From the human T2T-CHM13v2.0 reference genome, Homo sapiens, in the NCBI RefSeq assembly GCF_009914755.1, contig NC_060925.1: a stretch of DNA of 64,000 nucleotides. One strand, given 5' to 3'. Positions within the stretch are counted from its first letter, which is position 1; each line of letters begins with the position of its first letter. Shown in pieces: positions 28,264 to 42,200 of this stretch. The notes under the pieces were generated by a model. That model was not told the DNA's origin. It saw only the letters and a program-made list of their open reading frames with translations, and made no database searches. The position numbers and the translations under genes were made by a program.

Positions 28264-28619
28264 AAGGGAATGGAGGTGGGTGAAGGTGGACTGCTAGGGA
28301 AACCGGGAACATATGAAGGCAGCACGAAATCGTGTGTGTTGGGGTGAAAATGGACGACTGGAGTCTCAGCTTATTGAATTGTGGGTAATGTTCATTCAAC
28401 TAGTCAGTCAAAGGATATTTTGGGAAACTTCTTATACCAGATACATTTCTTGCCTTCATGGAGTCCTCAGTCTAGGGGAGGGGGGAAGGCAGACACTGAA
28501 TGACCAGCTACATGATTAATTACTTATGTACATTTGTGGTGGGCACTTCAGAGGAAAGGTGCAGGGGTGAGAAAGTGGCATTTACATGGAGATCTGAAGG
28601 AAGGTTGAGGGTGAGATAG

Positions 28620-29009
28620 TGATATGGTTTGGATCTGTGTCCCCGCCCAAATCACATGTTCAGTTGTAATCCCCAGTGTTGGAGAGGGGGCCTGGTGGGA
28701 GGTGATTTGATCATGGGGGCAGATTCCCCCTTGGTGCTATTTTCGTGATAGTGAGTGAGTTCTCATGAGATCTGGTTGTTTATAAGTATGTGACATCTCC
28801 ACCCCGCTTCCTCCTGCCCCGGCCATGTGAAATGCCTGTTCCTGCTGTGCCTTCTGCCATGATTGTAAGTTCCCTGAGGCCTCCCCAAAAGCTGATGCTG
28901 CCATGCTTCCTGTACAGCCTGTGGAACCGTGAGCCAATTAAACCTCTTTTCTCTATGAATTACCCAGTCTCAGCTATTTTTTATGGCAGTGCAAGAATGG
29001 ACTAATATG
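28620..29009 (+). mobile_element. MSTA-like solo LTR
   Basis: tgatatggtttggatctgtgtcccc...gagccaattaaacctcttttc...gactaata; TSD gatag/gctag. Confidence 0.92.
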
Positions 29010-29049
29010 GCTAGTAAGGAGGAAACACATACTGGGCATCAGGATATAA

Positions 29050-29172
29050 TCATTCATTCATTCACTCATTCAGCAAATAATTACTGAGCAGCTACCATCT
29101 GTCAGCCGCATTCCAAGTCCTGAGAAGATTCAACAATGAGCAAAATAAAGTCCTTGCTCTCAATGAGCTTAA
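29050..29172 (-). mobile_element. L2 3' end
   Basis: cattcattcattcactcattcagcaaataattactgagca. Confidence 0.75.
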
Positions 29173-29184
29173 AACAAAGCGTAA

Positions 29185-29715
29185 AGTTTGTGCGTCTTTT
29201 GTTAGATTTATTCCCAAAGAGTGGATGTTTTTGATGCTATACTAAATCATTTTTTTTCCTTGGCATACTAAAAATTTTGTTATTTATTCTATGGCTGCCA
29301 ATACGGAGAAATGCAATTCTTTTGTGTGTGTGGGCCTTGTACCCAGCATCCTTGCTAAATTTATTTACCCAGTCTAATAGCTTATCTGTAGTACTCTGGG
29401 TATTTTCTACATATACAATCATGCCATCTGCAAATAATGAAAGTTTTATTCAGTCCTTTCTGATCTTTATGCTTTGATTTCTTTTTCTTGCTTTATTACA
29501 CTGAGTAGGCTCTCCCACCCAGTATCAAGTAGACGTGGTAAGGTGATTGTAGGCATTCTTGTCTTGCTCTTGATCTCAAAAGGAAAACTTTCAATAATTC
29601 ACCTTTAATTACGATACTTGCTGTAAAGTTTTAGTATGTATTCTTTATCAGATTGAGGAAGTTCTCTTCTATCCAGCTTTTCTCAGAGTTTTTGTTTTTT
29701 ATTGCAAATGAAGAT
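29185..29715 (-). mobile_element. Old L1 ORF2 (RT domain) remnant
   Basis: ORF 29237..29422 MIVYVENTQSTTDKLL..NKFSKDAGYK matches L1 ORF2 just after the FADD motif. Confidence 0.85.
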
Positions 29716-29719
29716 TGTT

Positions 29720-31955
29720 ATCTGTTCCGTATGAATGAAAATGTTTTCTGATTGAAATAGAAGAGATCACAGTCATCGAATCAGTTGGCCATATGCTATG
29801 TATCTGAGGCTGTAATAATCCACTCTAGGAAAGACATCTGGCTGGTGGGTGTGATTGATCAGGGTTGCTACTCAGTTGAACTTACCATAGTCGATAGGCA
29901 TCTTTCAGGATCCATCTGGTTTCTGCAGGGTCTACGTTGGTGAATTAAAGACATGATGAGGACCACTCCCCTGCTTCCTTTAGATCCTTAAGGGTGGCTG
30001 TCATCTCCACTATCCCCCTGGGCTGTGCTGTGTGTGTTTTTTTTTTTTTTTTTTTTTTTTTTGCTATCTTAGCCAGCATGGTGAGAGGGATAATTTCAGA
30101 GACTTTTGCTTGCCTTTTCCCTCATGTACCTCACAGACCAAGGGCCCAATGTGGGGCTGTACCAACTGTCAAGAAGGCTAATCCCAGTTACACATTCAAG
30201 AAGAGGAAATGACCATCAGTTGGGCCCATGGGCTCAGTGGATCCATTGTAATGAGACTTTGGGCAGGACTCCATTTATGATCAGGCTCCTAATCCAACAG
30301 GGGGCCTACAATGACACCTGGGGTCTCTGAGTCTCAGATCAACTTGGACTCTGTGCCAAACCATCCTCAAAATACTTGGGTCTTTCCCAATGCATAGTTA
30401 CCCAAATAAATGGCAGTAAGCCCCTTGGTGAAGGAATGGGGGAATGAGCTCATTGCATGTACTTGCTGCGGAATTGCAGGGTCCTTTCTCTTGGGCACCT
30501 GCCCATCTCTTTTTCCAACAAGTTGCAGGTCTAAAAACTGACTTGGGTCCAGAGATTGGTAAGGGATTGTGAATTTTTATGGAAGTGACTGTCATCAGCC
30601 TCCCAGGCATCCAACTTTGATTTCTTCTACTCAACAAGGCCGTTGGCTGCCACTCTGACCTTGCTGCTCATTTTGGTAGTTGTGGCTCCTGACTTCTGAT
30701 GGTTAAGCACTAGCCTTTACCGTTTTGGGGTCCTATTGCACCATTGCTATCAGCAAGTCAGGTTCTCTGTCAGCCTCTCCTTCTGTCAGCCCTCCATCCC
30801 TGGCCAGCAGAGGGGAGCCACTGCTGAACTTCTCAGTGATGCTTGGCCCTCTCACTGGCACAATCCTTATGACCCTGGAGAACAGTGTGCTGTTTGGTCT
30901 TTCCTGTGGAACATGCTCATCCCCAGGTATTCTGGGCATACATGGTAGATCCATTGTAGCATGCCCAAGCTCCTAGGCCCTTTAATCCCTTCTTCTGCAA
31001 GCTGTCAGGGCTTTTCTGACATTTCAGCATCTCTTTTTGCATATTTTAGGAGCCATCCCAGTAGAGAGTTCACACCATCCCCAGGGATCCCTACCATGGT
31101 GTTGGACATCAGGAGAGTACCTCTTCTCTATCCAATTTTTTGGTCAGGCCCACTTGACCAGGCTTCCTCAGAGTCCATCCCCCTTTATCCTCCCTCCTTC
31201 CTGGTAGCACATGTTGGCTAGAACTTGCACCTCCTTCTCCTTTCTTATCAGGCCCAGCACCTCCCCTGCTGGGTTACACCACCACGTAACCCTAGGCCCA
31301 ATAGTTAGTAGGGAAATTGGGAACATATCTTGAGTCGAGGCACCAGTTACCTTGCAGGAGAGAGACCTCTGCACTGTTTTCTAGAGCAGGGGTTTGCTAG
31401 CTCTAGTAGGGGAGGGGTGGATGCTTCTGCAGGCCTGGAAGATTTGGAAGAGTCTGAAGAAGTCAAATTATTTGGGGGCATTTGCACAGATGTCCCTATC
31501 CCCTGTGTGGGGGTTATCAATTTTTTGAGCCCGGTGTCTGACTCTGGCATAACAAACCTGCGTTGGTTGCCTGTCTAACCTGCTTTGCATCTCTGCTACT
31601 TGATCGGTTAGATCCTAGGCTTGGTCTTGGGCTTTGTCGGCCCCACAATCGAAGGCTCCCTGGCTTTCTCATTTGGTTTCCAATTGCACATTAATTGGGC
31701 TGTTTCTGATCTTTCTGTAAAGCGGAGGTCAGTGAACATTTTCTCAAAGGGAGAGATGGTAAATGTTTTAGGCTTACTAGCCATATGATCTCTGTTGCAG
31801 CTACTCTGTCTTTGTAGAAGGCAGCCAGAAATGGTATGTAAATGAATGCGTGTGGCTATGTTCTAATAAAACTTTATTTATAAAAACAGATGGCCACTAT
31901 GGGCAACTGTGGCAATAGCCATCCAATCCCATCATCCCAACAAGAATTCTCAGAC
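29720..31955 (-). mobile_element. Decayed ERVL-class internal segment (gag-pro-5' RT; ERV3-16A3/ERVL-E-like), interrupted by MER58A
   Basis: - strand fragments FNSPT*TLQKPDGS*KMPIDYGKFN (RT N-terminus), PFIWVTMHW...RCHCRPPV (protease), HVPQERPNSTLFSRVIR..VRG and GLTEGEA..LLIAM (gag). Confidence 0.8.
31722..31895 (+). mobile_element. MER58A fragment
   Basis: ggtaaatgttttaggctt...gcgtgtggctatgttctaataaaactttatttataaaaacag. Confidence 0.8.
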
Positions 31956-32289
31956 ACTGCTGGTGGGGATGTAAAATGCTCAAGCCACTTTCTGTTTCTT
32001 TTTGAGTCACACTTGGTTGTTTGCATTTTTCTAATAATTTGTCCATTTCTCCTAAGTTTTCAAATGAGTTGGCATAAAGATGTTTATAACATTGCCTTAT
32101 CTTCTTAGTCTCTGTTTCATCTGTACTTATGTGTCTGTTTTGTTACTAATATTGTTTAATTGTACCTTTCTTCTTCTTCCCTTAATAAGAATTACCAGAG
32201 ATTTGTCAATATCAGACTTTTCAAAGAATCAGCTTTGACTTCATTGATCCCTTCTCTTGTATGCTTGTTTTCCATGTCATAAATTTCAG

Positions 32290-32430
32290 CTCCTCTCCTT
32301 TCCTTTCCTTTCCTCCCTCTTCTCTTTCTTTCCCTCCCCTCCCCTCCCCTCCCCTTCCTCCGTTCCTCCCTTTCCCCTTCCCTTTTCCCTTCCCCTTCCC
32401 TTCCCTCCCTCCCTCCTTCTTTCCTTCTAC
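32290..32430. repeat. CT-rich low-complexity polypyrimidine tract
   Basis: (CCCCT)/(CCCTT)/(CCCT) runs visible. Confidence 0.9.
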
Positions 32431-32724
32431 TTTTTGTGTGTTGATTCAATTTTTCCCATGTGTCTATTGTTTTATTTTGTTCTATTTCTTAAGTTATTGT
32501 TTTTTACTCCTTTTTTTAAAAAATTAACCTTAAAGTATATAACTTTTTTCCTCAAAGTACTACTTTAGATGCATCTAGAAGTTTGGGTCAGTAGCACCAC
32601 TGTCACTTAATTCAATATATTTTCCAATTTTTACTTTTATTTCTTCTAAGATTTATGGCTTTCTTGAAGTATTTCAAAGTTTCCAAATATATGGGGAGGA
32701 GGAGATTTCCATTATATCCTGTTT

Positions 32725-33232
<508 letters not shown>

Positions 33233-34003
33233 ACACATTTATTAAAAATTTCCATCCAATTGCCCTGTGGTCGTGCTTTGTGAAATATAGTTTCTCTCAA
33301 ATTTGATGAGACTTGATTTATGGTCCAAAATGTGTTCCATGTATGCTTGAAAAGGATGTATGTTCTGTGGTGCAATGCCCTATATGTTTGGTCAGATTTA
33401 TTAATTGTGTTATTCAAATCTTTTCTATTCTTCTCCTTTTGTCTATTTGATCTACCAAGCACTAAGACATGTATATTAAAATTTTCCCATTATGATGATG
33501 TATCTGCCCATTTCTTCTTGAATTTCTGCTTCTGCTCTATGTTGCTTTAAAGATTTTAAGGCTATATTGTTGGGTGTACACAAGTTCAGAGTTGTAACTT
33601 CCTCTTGAATATTTCATCAATATGGTGATCCTCTTTATCTCTAGTAATGCTTTTGGCCTTGAAATCTATTTTATCTGCTTTCTTTTGCTTAGTATTTGAT
33701 CTCTCTCTTTCCATTGTTTTATTTTAAACATTTCATTTCCTTGTGTTTTCACTATTCCAGGTTTAAATAGCATATATAAAGATTCTTAAAAAAAATCCAG
33801 GCTAGTAATCTTCTATTTTGAGAATTGAATGTATGTACTTTGGCTGTAATTATTGATTTGTTTGAATTTATTTTTTCCATATAGCACTTTCCATTTGTTG
33901 TGTTTTTGTTTGTTTTGCATGTGATCTTTTTTCTTTCCTTCTTTCGCCATGTTTTCAATTGAGTTTTGTGTTTTTCCCTTTTCCATTTTAAAATGTCTGT
34001 GCT

Positions 34004-34237
<234 letters not shown>

Positions 34238-35154
34238 TTATTTCTATTTTTCAATGGTTACCTTAGAAATTCCAACATAGATATGGTACCTTAACAGGGC
34301 CTAAGGTTAATCTACAGTTTGACCATCCTTTTGAACAATCCATGACCAACCCCCACCCAGGCCTTCCTCACTCTACTAATGTGTTCTTTCTGTGAAGACG
34401 TTGATTATATCTTGATTTTCTATACCCCTCCAAAATAGACATCATTATCATTATCATTTTACACAATTAATATTTCCATTCTTCCCTTCAACAGATACTT
34501 ATTCAACATTAAATTCCACGCACTGTTCTAGGAACATAGGAAACACAAGGAACAGAGAAGGCACAGGTCCCCACCCTCATGGACTTGACATTCTAGCTGG
34601 GGTGACAGATTCTAAACAATAAACATCCACGAGGAAATGATAGAAGATATCAGAAGGGGTCATGACTGGGAGAAAAAGGTAGAACAAGATAGGGAGGCTG
34701 GGAATGCAAATGGCAGTTTTCTGTGGAGTGCTCAGGGGCGGCCTTGAATGGAGGCTGGAGGGTGCCAGGAAGAAGCCATGTCTGCCTGGGAGGGGAAACA
34801 CTGAGGTGGAGGGACAGCCAGTACAGAGTTTTAAACTGGAGCATGCTGAGCACGTTCAAAGACAGCAAGGAAGCCAGCGTGGCAGGGCCAGCTAGGATGC
34901 TAATGTAGTAACCCAGAAGAGAGGTGGTGATGACTTGCTCCAGGGTGTAGCCAGGTGGATGGGGAGAAAGGGGTCTTGGACTTGGCACAGATTTCCTAAT
35001 GGAACAGAGATGGGGTAGAGTCAAGCTTTTTTCTGCATGTTTTTGTCTTGAGCACCTAGAAGAATAGAGTGGGCAGTAACTGAGATGAGGAAGCTATAAG
35101 AGAAGCAGTTTTGGAGGAAGCATGGGAGATCTGCTGTGGACATACTGCATTTGA

Positions 35155-35646
<492 letters not shown>

Positions 35647-35756
35647 GAAACTTTAGCTCCACTAGCTCTGCAGAGAGCTGCCTTACAGCAGTTGAGGAGA
35701 AAAGCAAAGCTGGAGAGATAAATGTGTACGTCATCAGCAGGGAAGTGGTACTTCTA

Positions 35757-36207
35757 GTTGAGAGATTGAATTCTGTCCCCCTCAAAAGACATATGCAAGT
35801 CCTAAGTCCCAGCACCTGTGAATGTGACCTCATTTAAAAATAAGGTCTTTGTAGATATAATCAAGTTAAAGTGAGGTCAGACTAAAGTGAGCTGTAAATC
35901 CAGTATGACTGGTATCCTTAAAGGAAGAGGGAAATTTGGACACAGATACACAGAGGAGAAAACGTGAAGTGATGAAGGCAGAGAGTGGAATGATGCAACT
36001 CAAGCCAAGGAATGCCAAGTGTTGCCAGCAAGCACCTGAAACGAGATAAGAAAAGATTCTCCCTCACAGCCTTCAGAGAGAACATGGCCCTGCCAGCACC
36101 TTGATTTCAGACTTAAGACTTCCAGAACTGTGAGAGAATATGTTTCTGTTGCTGTCATCACCCAAGTTTGTGGCACTTTGTTATGGCAGCCCCAAGAAAC
36201 TAATACA
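35757..36207 (+). mobile_element. MLT1C-like solo LTR
   Basis: ttgaattctgtccccctcaaaag...cctgtgaatgtgacct...gttatggcagccccaagaaactaataca. Confidence 0.88.
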
Positions 36208-36519
36208 ATGAGGGAGTGAGTAGGAAAGAACATCAGAATCAGCCCTGAGGCTTGTCAGGGACATAGGAGGTCCAGGAAAGCAGGTAGAGAAGATATGACC
36301 ATGAGGTAGGAAGGACCCCTCAGGAGAAGTGCACTGTGACAGCCAAGCGAACAAAAAAGGATGAAGAAGGAGGAGGTGATATGCTGTCTTCAGGTCACAT
36401 TCAAAGAGCCCTGAGAACTGGCCATTGATTCAGCAATGAGGAGGTTTTTGACAAAAGTAGTTAAGTGGATAGGCGGGGGGGAAAGTCTGTTGGAGTTGAT
36501 TTAAAAGAGACCAGGAGGA

Positions 36520-36816
36520 GGCCGGGCGCAGTGGCTCACGCTTGTAATCCCAGCACTTTGGGAGGCCGAGGCAGGCGGATCACGAGGTCAGGAGATCGAG
36601 ACCACGGTGAAACCCTGTCTCTACTAAAAATACAAAAAAAATTAGCCAGGCTTGGTGGTGGGCGCCTGTAGTCCCAGCTACTTGGAGAGGCTGAGGCAGG
36701 AGAATGGCATGAACCCGGGAGACGGAGCTTGCAGTGAGCCGAGATCACGCCACTGCACTCCAGCCTGGGCAACAGAGTGAGACTCCATCTCAAAAAAAAA
36801 AAAAAAAAAAGAAAAA
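36520..36816 (+). mobile_element. AluY, Yd/Yc3 lineage (12-bp left-arm deletion)
   Basis: gagaccacggtgaaaccc (12-bp deletion) and cacgcttgtaa; TSD agaccaggagga at 36508-36519 and 36817-36828. Confidence 0.88.
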
Positions 36817-37089
36817 AGACCAGGAGGAAAGAAATGGGAGACAAGTAAGTAAAGATGTCTGTTTTTAGGGATAACTGCAAGGAAAGCAAAGGAATAAGGT
36901 GGTAGTGTTGGAGACATGAGGAGAAGGTTTTTTTAAGATTGAAGAAATAGCAGCATGTTTCCCTGCAGGTTGGAATGATCTGGTAGGGAGTGGAATATTG
37001 ATAATATTAGGATACAGCAGGCAGGAATACTGCTGGAGGAATGTCCTTGATTAGGTAAGAAGGAGCACAGCTCATGCATGGGAGGAGGG

Positions 37090-38400
<1,311 letters not shown>

Positions 38401-39234
38401 TGACCTTGCACTCCAAAAGCTGCACCAGAGACAAAATCAAAATGCCTTAACTCCACTTAATGCATCTTCATCCTTCCTAAATCTGCCCTTAAAAATCCAA
38501 AGAGTGTGATTATCTTCACTTTACTGTAGGTCATAGAAGTGTTAAGTCAAAGAAGTTGAAGTAACATCTTGAAAAAAAAATCCCAAGCTCTAAATTAATA
38601 ACTTAATGTAACTTCTAATTATGTTGGAGTTACAAAATTTCTTTCCCTGGATGAACACAAACTATGACTAAATGTTTTCTAAACAATTAAATTTAATATT
38701 TTGACCAATTAAGATGTTGCAGGTGTGTTCAAAATTAATTATTATTTTTCTTAATTTAAGACGTTTTTCATTAGTGGAAAGAAATTCCAAAATTTGACAC
38801 CAAGCTTAGAACCAAGAGATTCTAAAATTCTTTTAAAATTTTGCCAATTTATGTCAAATTGTCTCACCTATGACCAAAAATGCTTTGCTCTCAGGCTTTG
38901 TTTTTCTGAAAACTCTTTTTTATGTTTCTCCCGTGGCTAATCTCTCTAGAATCTGAGACCTGACAGCTGAAGGGACTTAGAGGTCCATTTCTCCCTGAAA
39001 GCTGACCACAGACCATTCAGAAAAAGTGATTTCCAATAAATACCCTACGTGTGTGATGGTATTGAGATGAGGGAGGTAGATTGTTCAATTACAGAAGCGA
39101 TACCCCATCTCTTCTATGTGTAACCCCAAATTCATTGCTACTGAGGTTCTATAATGCTAAGGCTTGCAAAACTATCACTTTTACAGATAATGAAATGAAA
39201 TCCCATTTAATGATGATTATCCCAACACAAAGAG

Positions 39235-39390
39235 GGTTTTTCCTTTTTTATTATTATGAAAATACGCAACTGGCAAAAATACACATGATACAAAAAGATA
39301 TGCAGTAAGAAGGCTCTCTCTCCCACAGACCCTCCAGGCCCATGCTCATGGGTAACAACGGCCACAGATAGATTTCCAGGCTGTTCTTGG
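39235..39390 (-). mobile_element. L1ME 3' tip
   Basis: ttttattattatgaaaatac...caaaaagatatgcagtaa...ggtaacaac resembles antisense L1ME 3' ends. Confidence 0.5.
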
Positions 39391-40343
39391 GGCACCTCAG
39401 CCCTCTGCTTCTTTCTTCCCCAACACTTTCTCTCGGGCTTCTAGGCAGGCAGCAGACATGGAGATAGGACTGGTGGTCGTGATGCTTAACCTTGAGCCAT
39501 TACTACCAGGAAGGGAGGGAGAGAAACTTGGGTGTACTGAGTGCCAACTGTTACCAGGCTGAAATCCAGGCTCTGCACGTGAGATCTCTACTCCACAGAG
39601 CAACTTACAGAGGTGGGAATATAGTATGGTGAAATAACAGAGGGTCCAAGACACCAGATGGCCAGCCCCCAGCACAGGCTTGTAATAGTCGCAGGACCCG
39701 GATTCAGCCCGCTCTTGTTTGGACCACGCGGCAGGAAGAGGCCTGACGGTGCAGCTGCTGCTGGGGAAGAGACACGTTTGTCGTGCCTTTCCTACCCGGA
39801 GCTCCCCTAGCATCCTCCTCCTTGGCTGGGAAATGGAGTGTACGCCCCCTTCTGAGGATTCTTCTGGACCCAAATGTGAGTTGAGGCCAGAGATGAGGAA
39901 CCAGGAGCACCCACATGTACCATGGGTGAACCCCAACAGGATTGGGGCATTTCACCTCATTGAATCAAATCATTCATTGCACATTTGAGTTGACCCCAGT
40001 CTCGGATATCTGAATTCTAGATAAAGACATTACCCAGGACATGTGAACATGTACTGGAAAATATCAGGCAATGGTTCAATCACAACTGTTTATACTAACT
40101 GGCTGTTAAGTTATAAGAGAAAAAAGTATTAAATGCCAACATGGTTTTCTGTGTTGATTCTCTCTTTGATGCAGGGAATGGATATGACAGTGAAGCCTGG
40201 CCCGCAGGAGCTGTGTGCATCCTATCAGCCAGATACTGGGGGAAGCAGGCAGGGCTGGCCTCATAGTCACACCACCAGAGTCAGGCTGCGGCCACATCGT
40301 AGGGCTTTGGGAGGCTGGGGCTGTGTTTGGTTCATGGGGTTAG

Positions 40344-40642
40344 AGTCGGGTACAGTGGCTCATGCCTGTAATCAGCACTTTGGGAGGCCGAGGCGGGTGG
40401 ATCACCTGAGGTCAGGAGTTCAAGAGCAGCCTGGCCAACATGGCAAAACCCCGTCTCTACTAAAAATACAAAAATTAGCTGGGAGTGATGGCAGGCACCT
40501 GTAATCCCAGCTACTCGGAGGCTGAGGTAGGAGAATTGCTTGAACCTGAGAGGCAGAGGTTGTGGTGAGCCAAGATCATGCCATTGCACTCCAGTCTGGG
40601 CAACAAAGCGAGACTCCACCAAAAAACAAAACAAAACAAAAC
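40344..40642 (+). mobile_element. AluSx-like
   Basis: full dimer with (CAAAA)n tail. Confidence 0.92.
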
Positions 40643-40727
40643 ACCTCAGTGAGGTCCCCCATGCCAGACTTTCAGAGGAGAGCGAGCCTATGGGGCCATC
40701 ATCGGTTTGGCCAGGTACCCCTGAGGG

Positions 40728-41046
40728 CAGCAGCAGCCCTCATGCGGGTCTCAGGACCCCTTTATACGCTTAAAAATGAATGAGGATCTCACAAAGCTCC
40801 ATCCTTATTGCATTCTTTTGATTATGTGGGTTACATCTCCTAATATTCACTGTATTTGCATTAAAACTGAGGAAAATTAAAACAAGAGAATACACAAGCA
40901 CTGCACATTCCATGAGCTGCCAGACCATCAGCATCATCACATCCAGTGGCGTCTGGAAAATGCTGCAGCACACACAAGGCACATCACATGCTAGCATTAT
41001 TATGAGCAGGGTCTAGAACCCCCTGGCCATGCTTTGAGAACCTCTG
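40728..41046 (-). mobile_element. Charlie1-family (hAT) non-autonomous element
   Basis: ggtctcaggacccctttatacgcttaaaaat...ttatgtgggttacatct ... ctttgagaacctctg match both Charlie1 termini. Confidence 0.7.
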
Positions 41047-41599
41047 CCCTTGGCACCCCCTAGAGAGCTGACCGTGGTCAGAACCATGTGCTCAGCAAGA
41101 CAGGTAACCTCATGCCTGGGTCAGCAGTTCCTCTTGGTTTTCTACCTCTTTGACCTTCTCAACTGCAATGGATGGGGACATGGGGAAGGTGGCCATTGAG
41201 GGCTGCTGACTCTGGGTAACTTACATGTCCCTCGTCCTTCTTATTCTGCTTTGGATGATCCCACAGAGCTCTTTTGAGGTCTTTGTATTTTGACAGCAGG
41301 AGGCCCATGACAAACTATTTGGGATTCAAGACTTAGACGCCTCTCCCCAACCCGTTTGTGCAGAAAGATTGGCTTCCCCCACAACATAAATGTCCACACT
41401 GAAACCCTGTAACTCCATCCTTATTACACGGTTCCAGGGAGACTCTGGGATCATGCTTCACAGTTGATGTTTGTGCACCAAATGGAAATGCAGCAAGAGT
41501 GCACCAGGTCTGGAGAGGGGCTGCTGGTGTGGGGCCTCTGAGGGGGCCCCGATCTGCCAGTCACTCTGAGTTCCCTGTCAGGAGACTCATAAAGAAGGC

Positions 41600-42200
41600 C
41601 AGCGAGGACTGGGAACACATGTTTATTTTATGAATGACTTCGGGGAAAGAGGAGAAAAAAAATCCTCCAGAATGTCATCCAGGAGGCTGTGTTCTTTTTA
41701 TTATGTTTTGTCGGTAAACAAAAAAAATGGCCACATTTAATACTTATACCAGTCCTGTGGGATTTCTCTGACTAATGTAAAATGACAGTTGTCACAACAT
41801 TCTATATAAATACAAGTCTGTTTGCAGGAGCCTTTTCTATTTTTAATGTAAACCACACCTAACTCGCTCTGAAGAATTGTACCCTTGGAATTTAGAGTCC
41901 TGTCTGTTGTCTATTCACGGGACTGTATTGTCTTAGGAGCAGCCCGGAAGAAACCAAAGACATCCAGAACTTTTTAGTTTAACGTGAGAATTATTCACCT
42001 AATTTTCCCGCAGCCATTGTGTTACTTAATTTATTGTTGTGTGGAGCTGTATGGTGATGTCGCTAATGAGCGACACAGTGTACTTGGTGAGCCAATCCAT
42101 AATTTAGGAGGCTGCTGATGATCTTTGTGCTGTCTGCAGGCTGAGCAAAGCAGGCAGTAAAAATAAAGAATATACTTACAGTTTATAGAAATGAGCACAC
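41600..42200. promoter_or_regulatory. Candidate conserved non-coding element/enhancer
   Basis: GTAAACA 41714, TGACAGTTGTCA 41783-41794, CATTGT/ATTGTT SOX-like sites, CTAATGAG within an inverted repeat at 42058-42075; repeat-free. Confidence 0.45.

Noticed and set aside
30398-31578. Domesticated retroviral gag (Fv1-like) gene
   Set aside because: Similarity is fragmented across frames with many stops; no intact ORF
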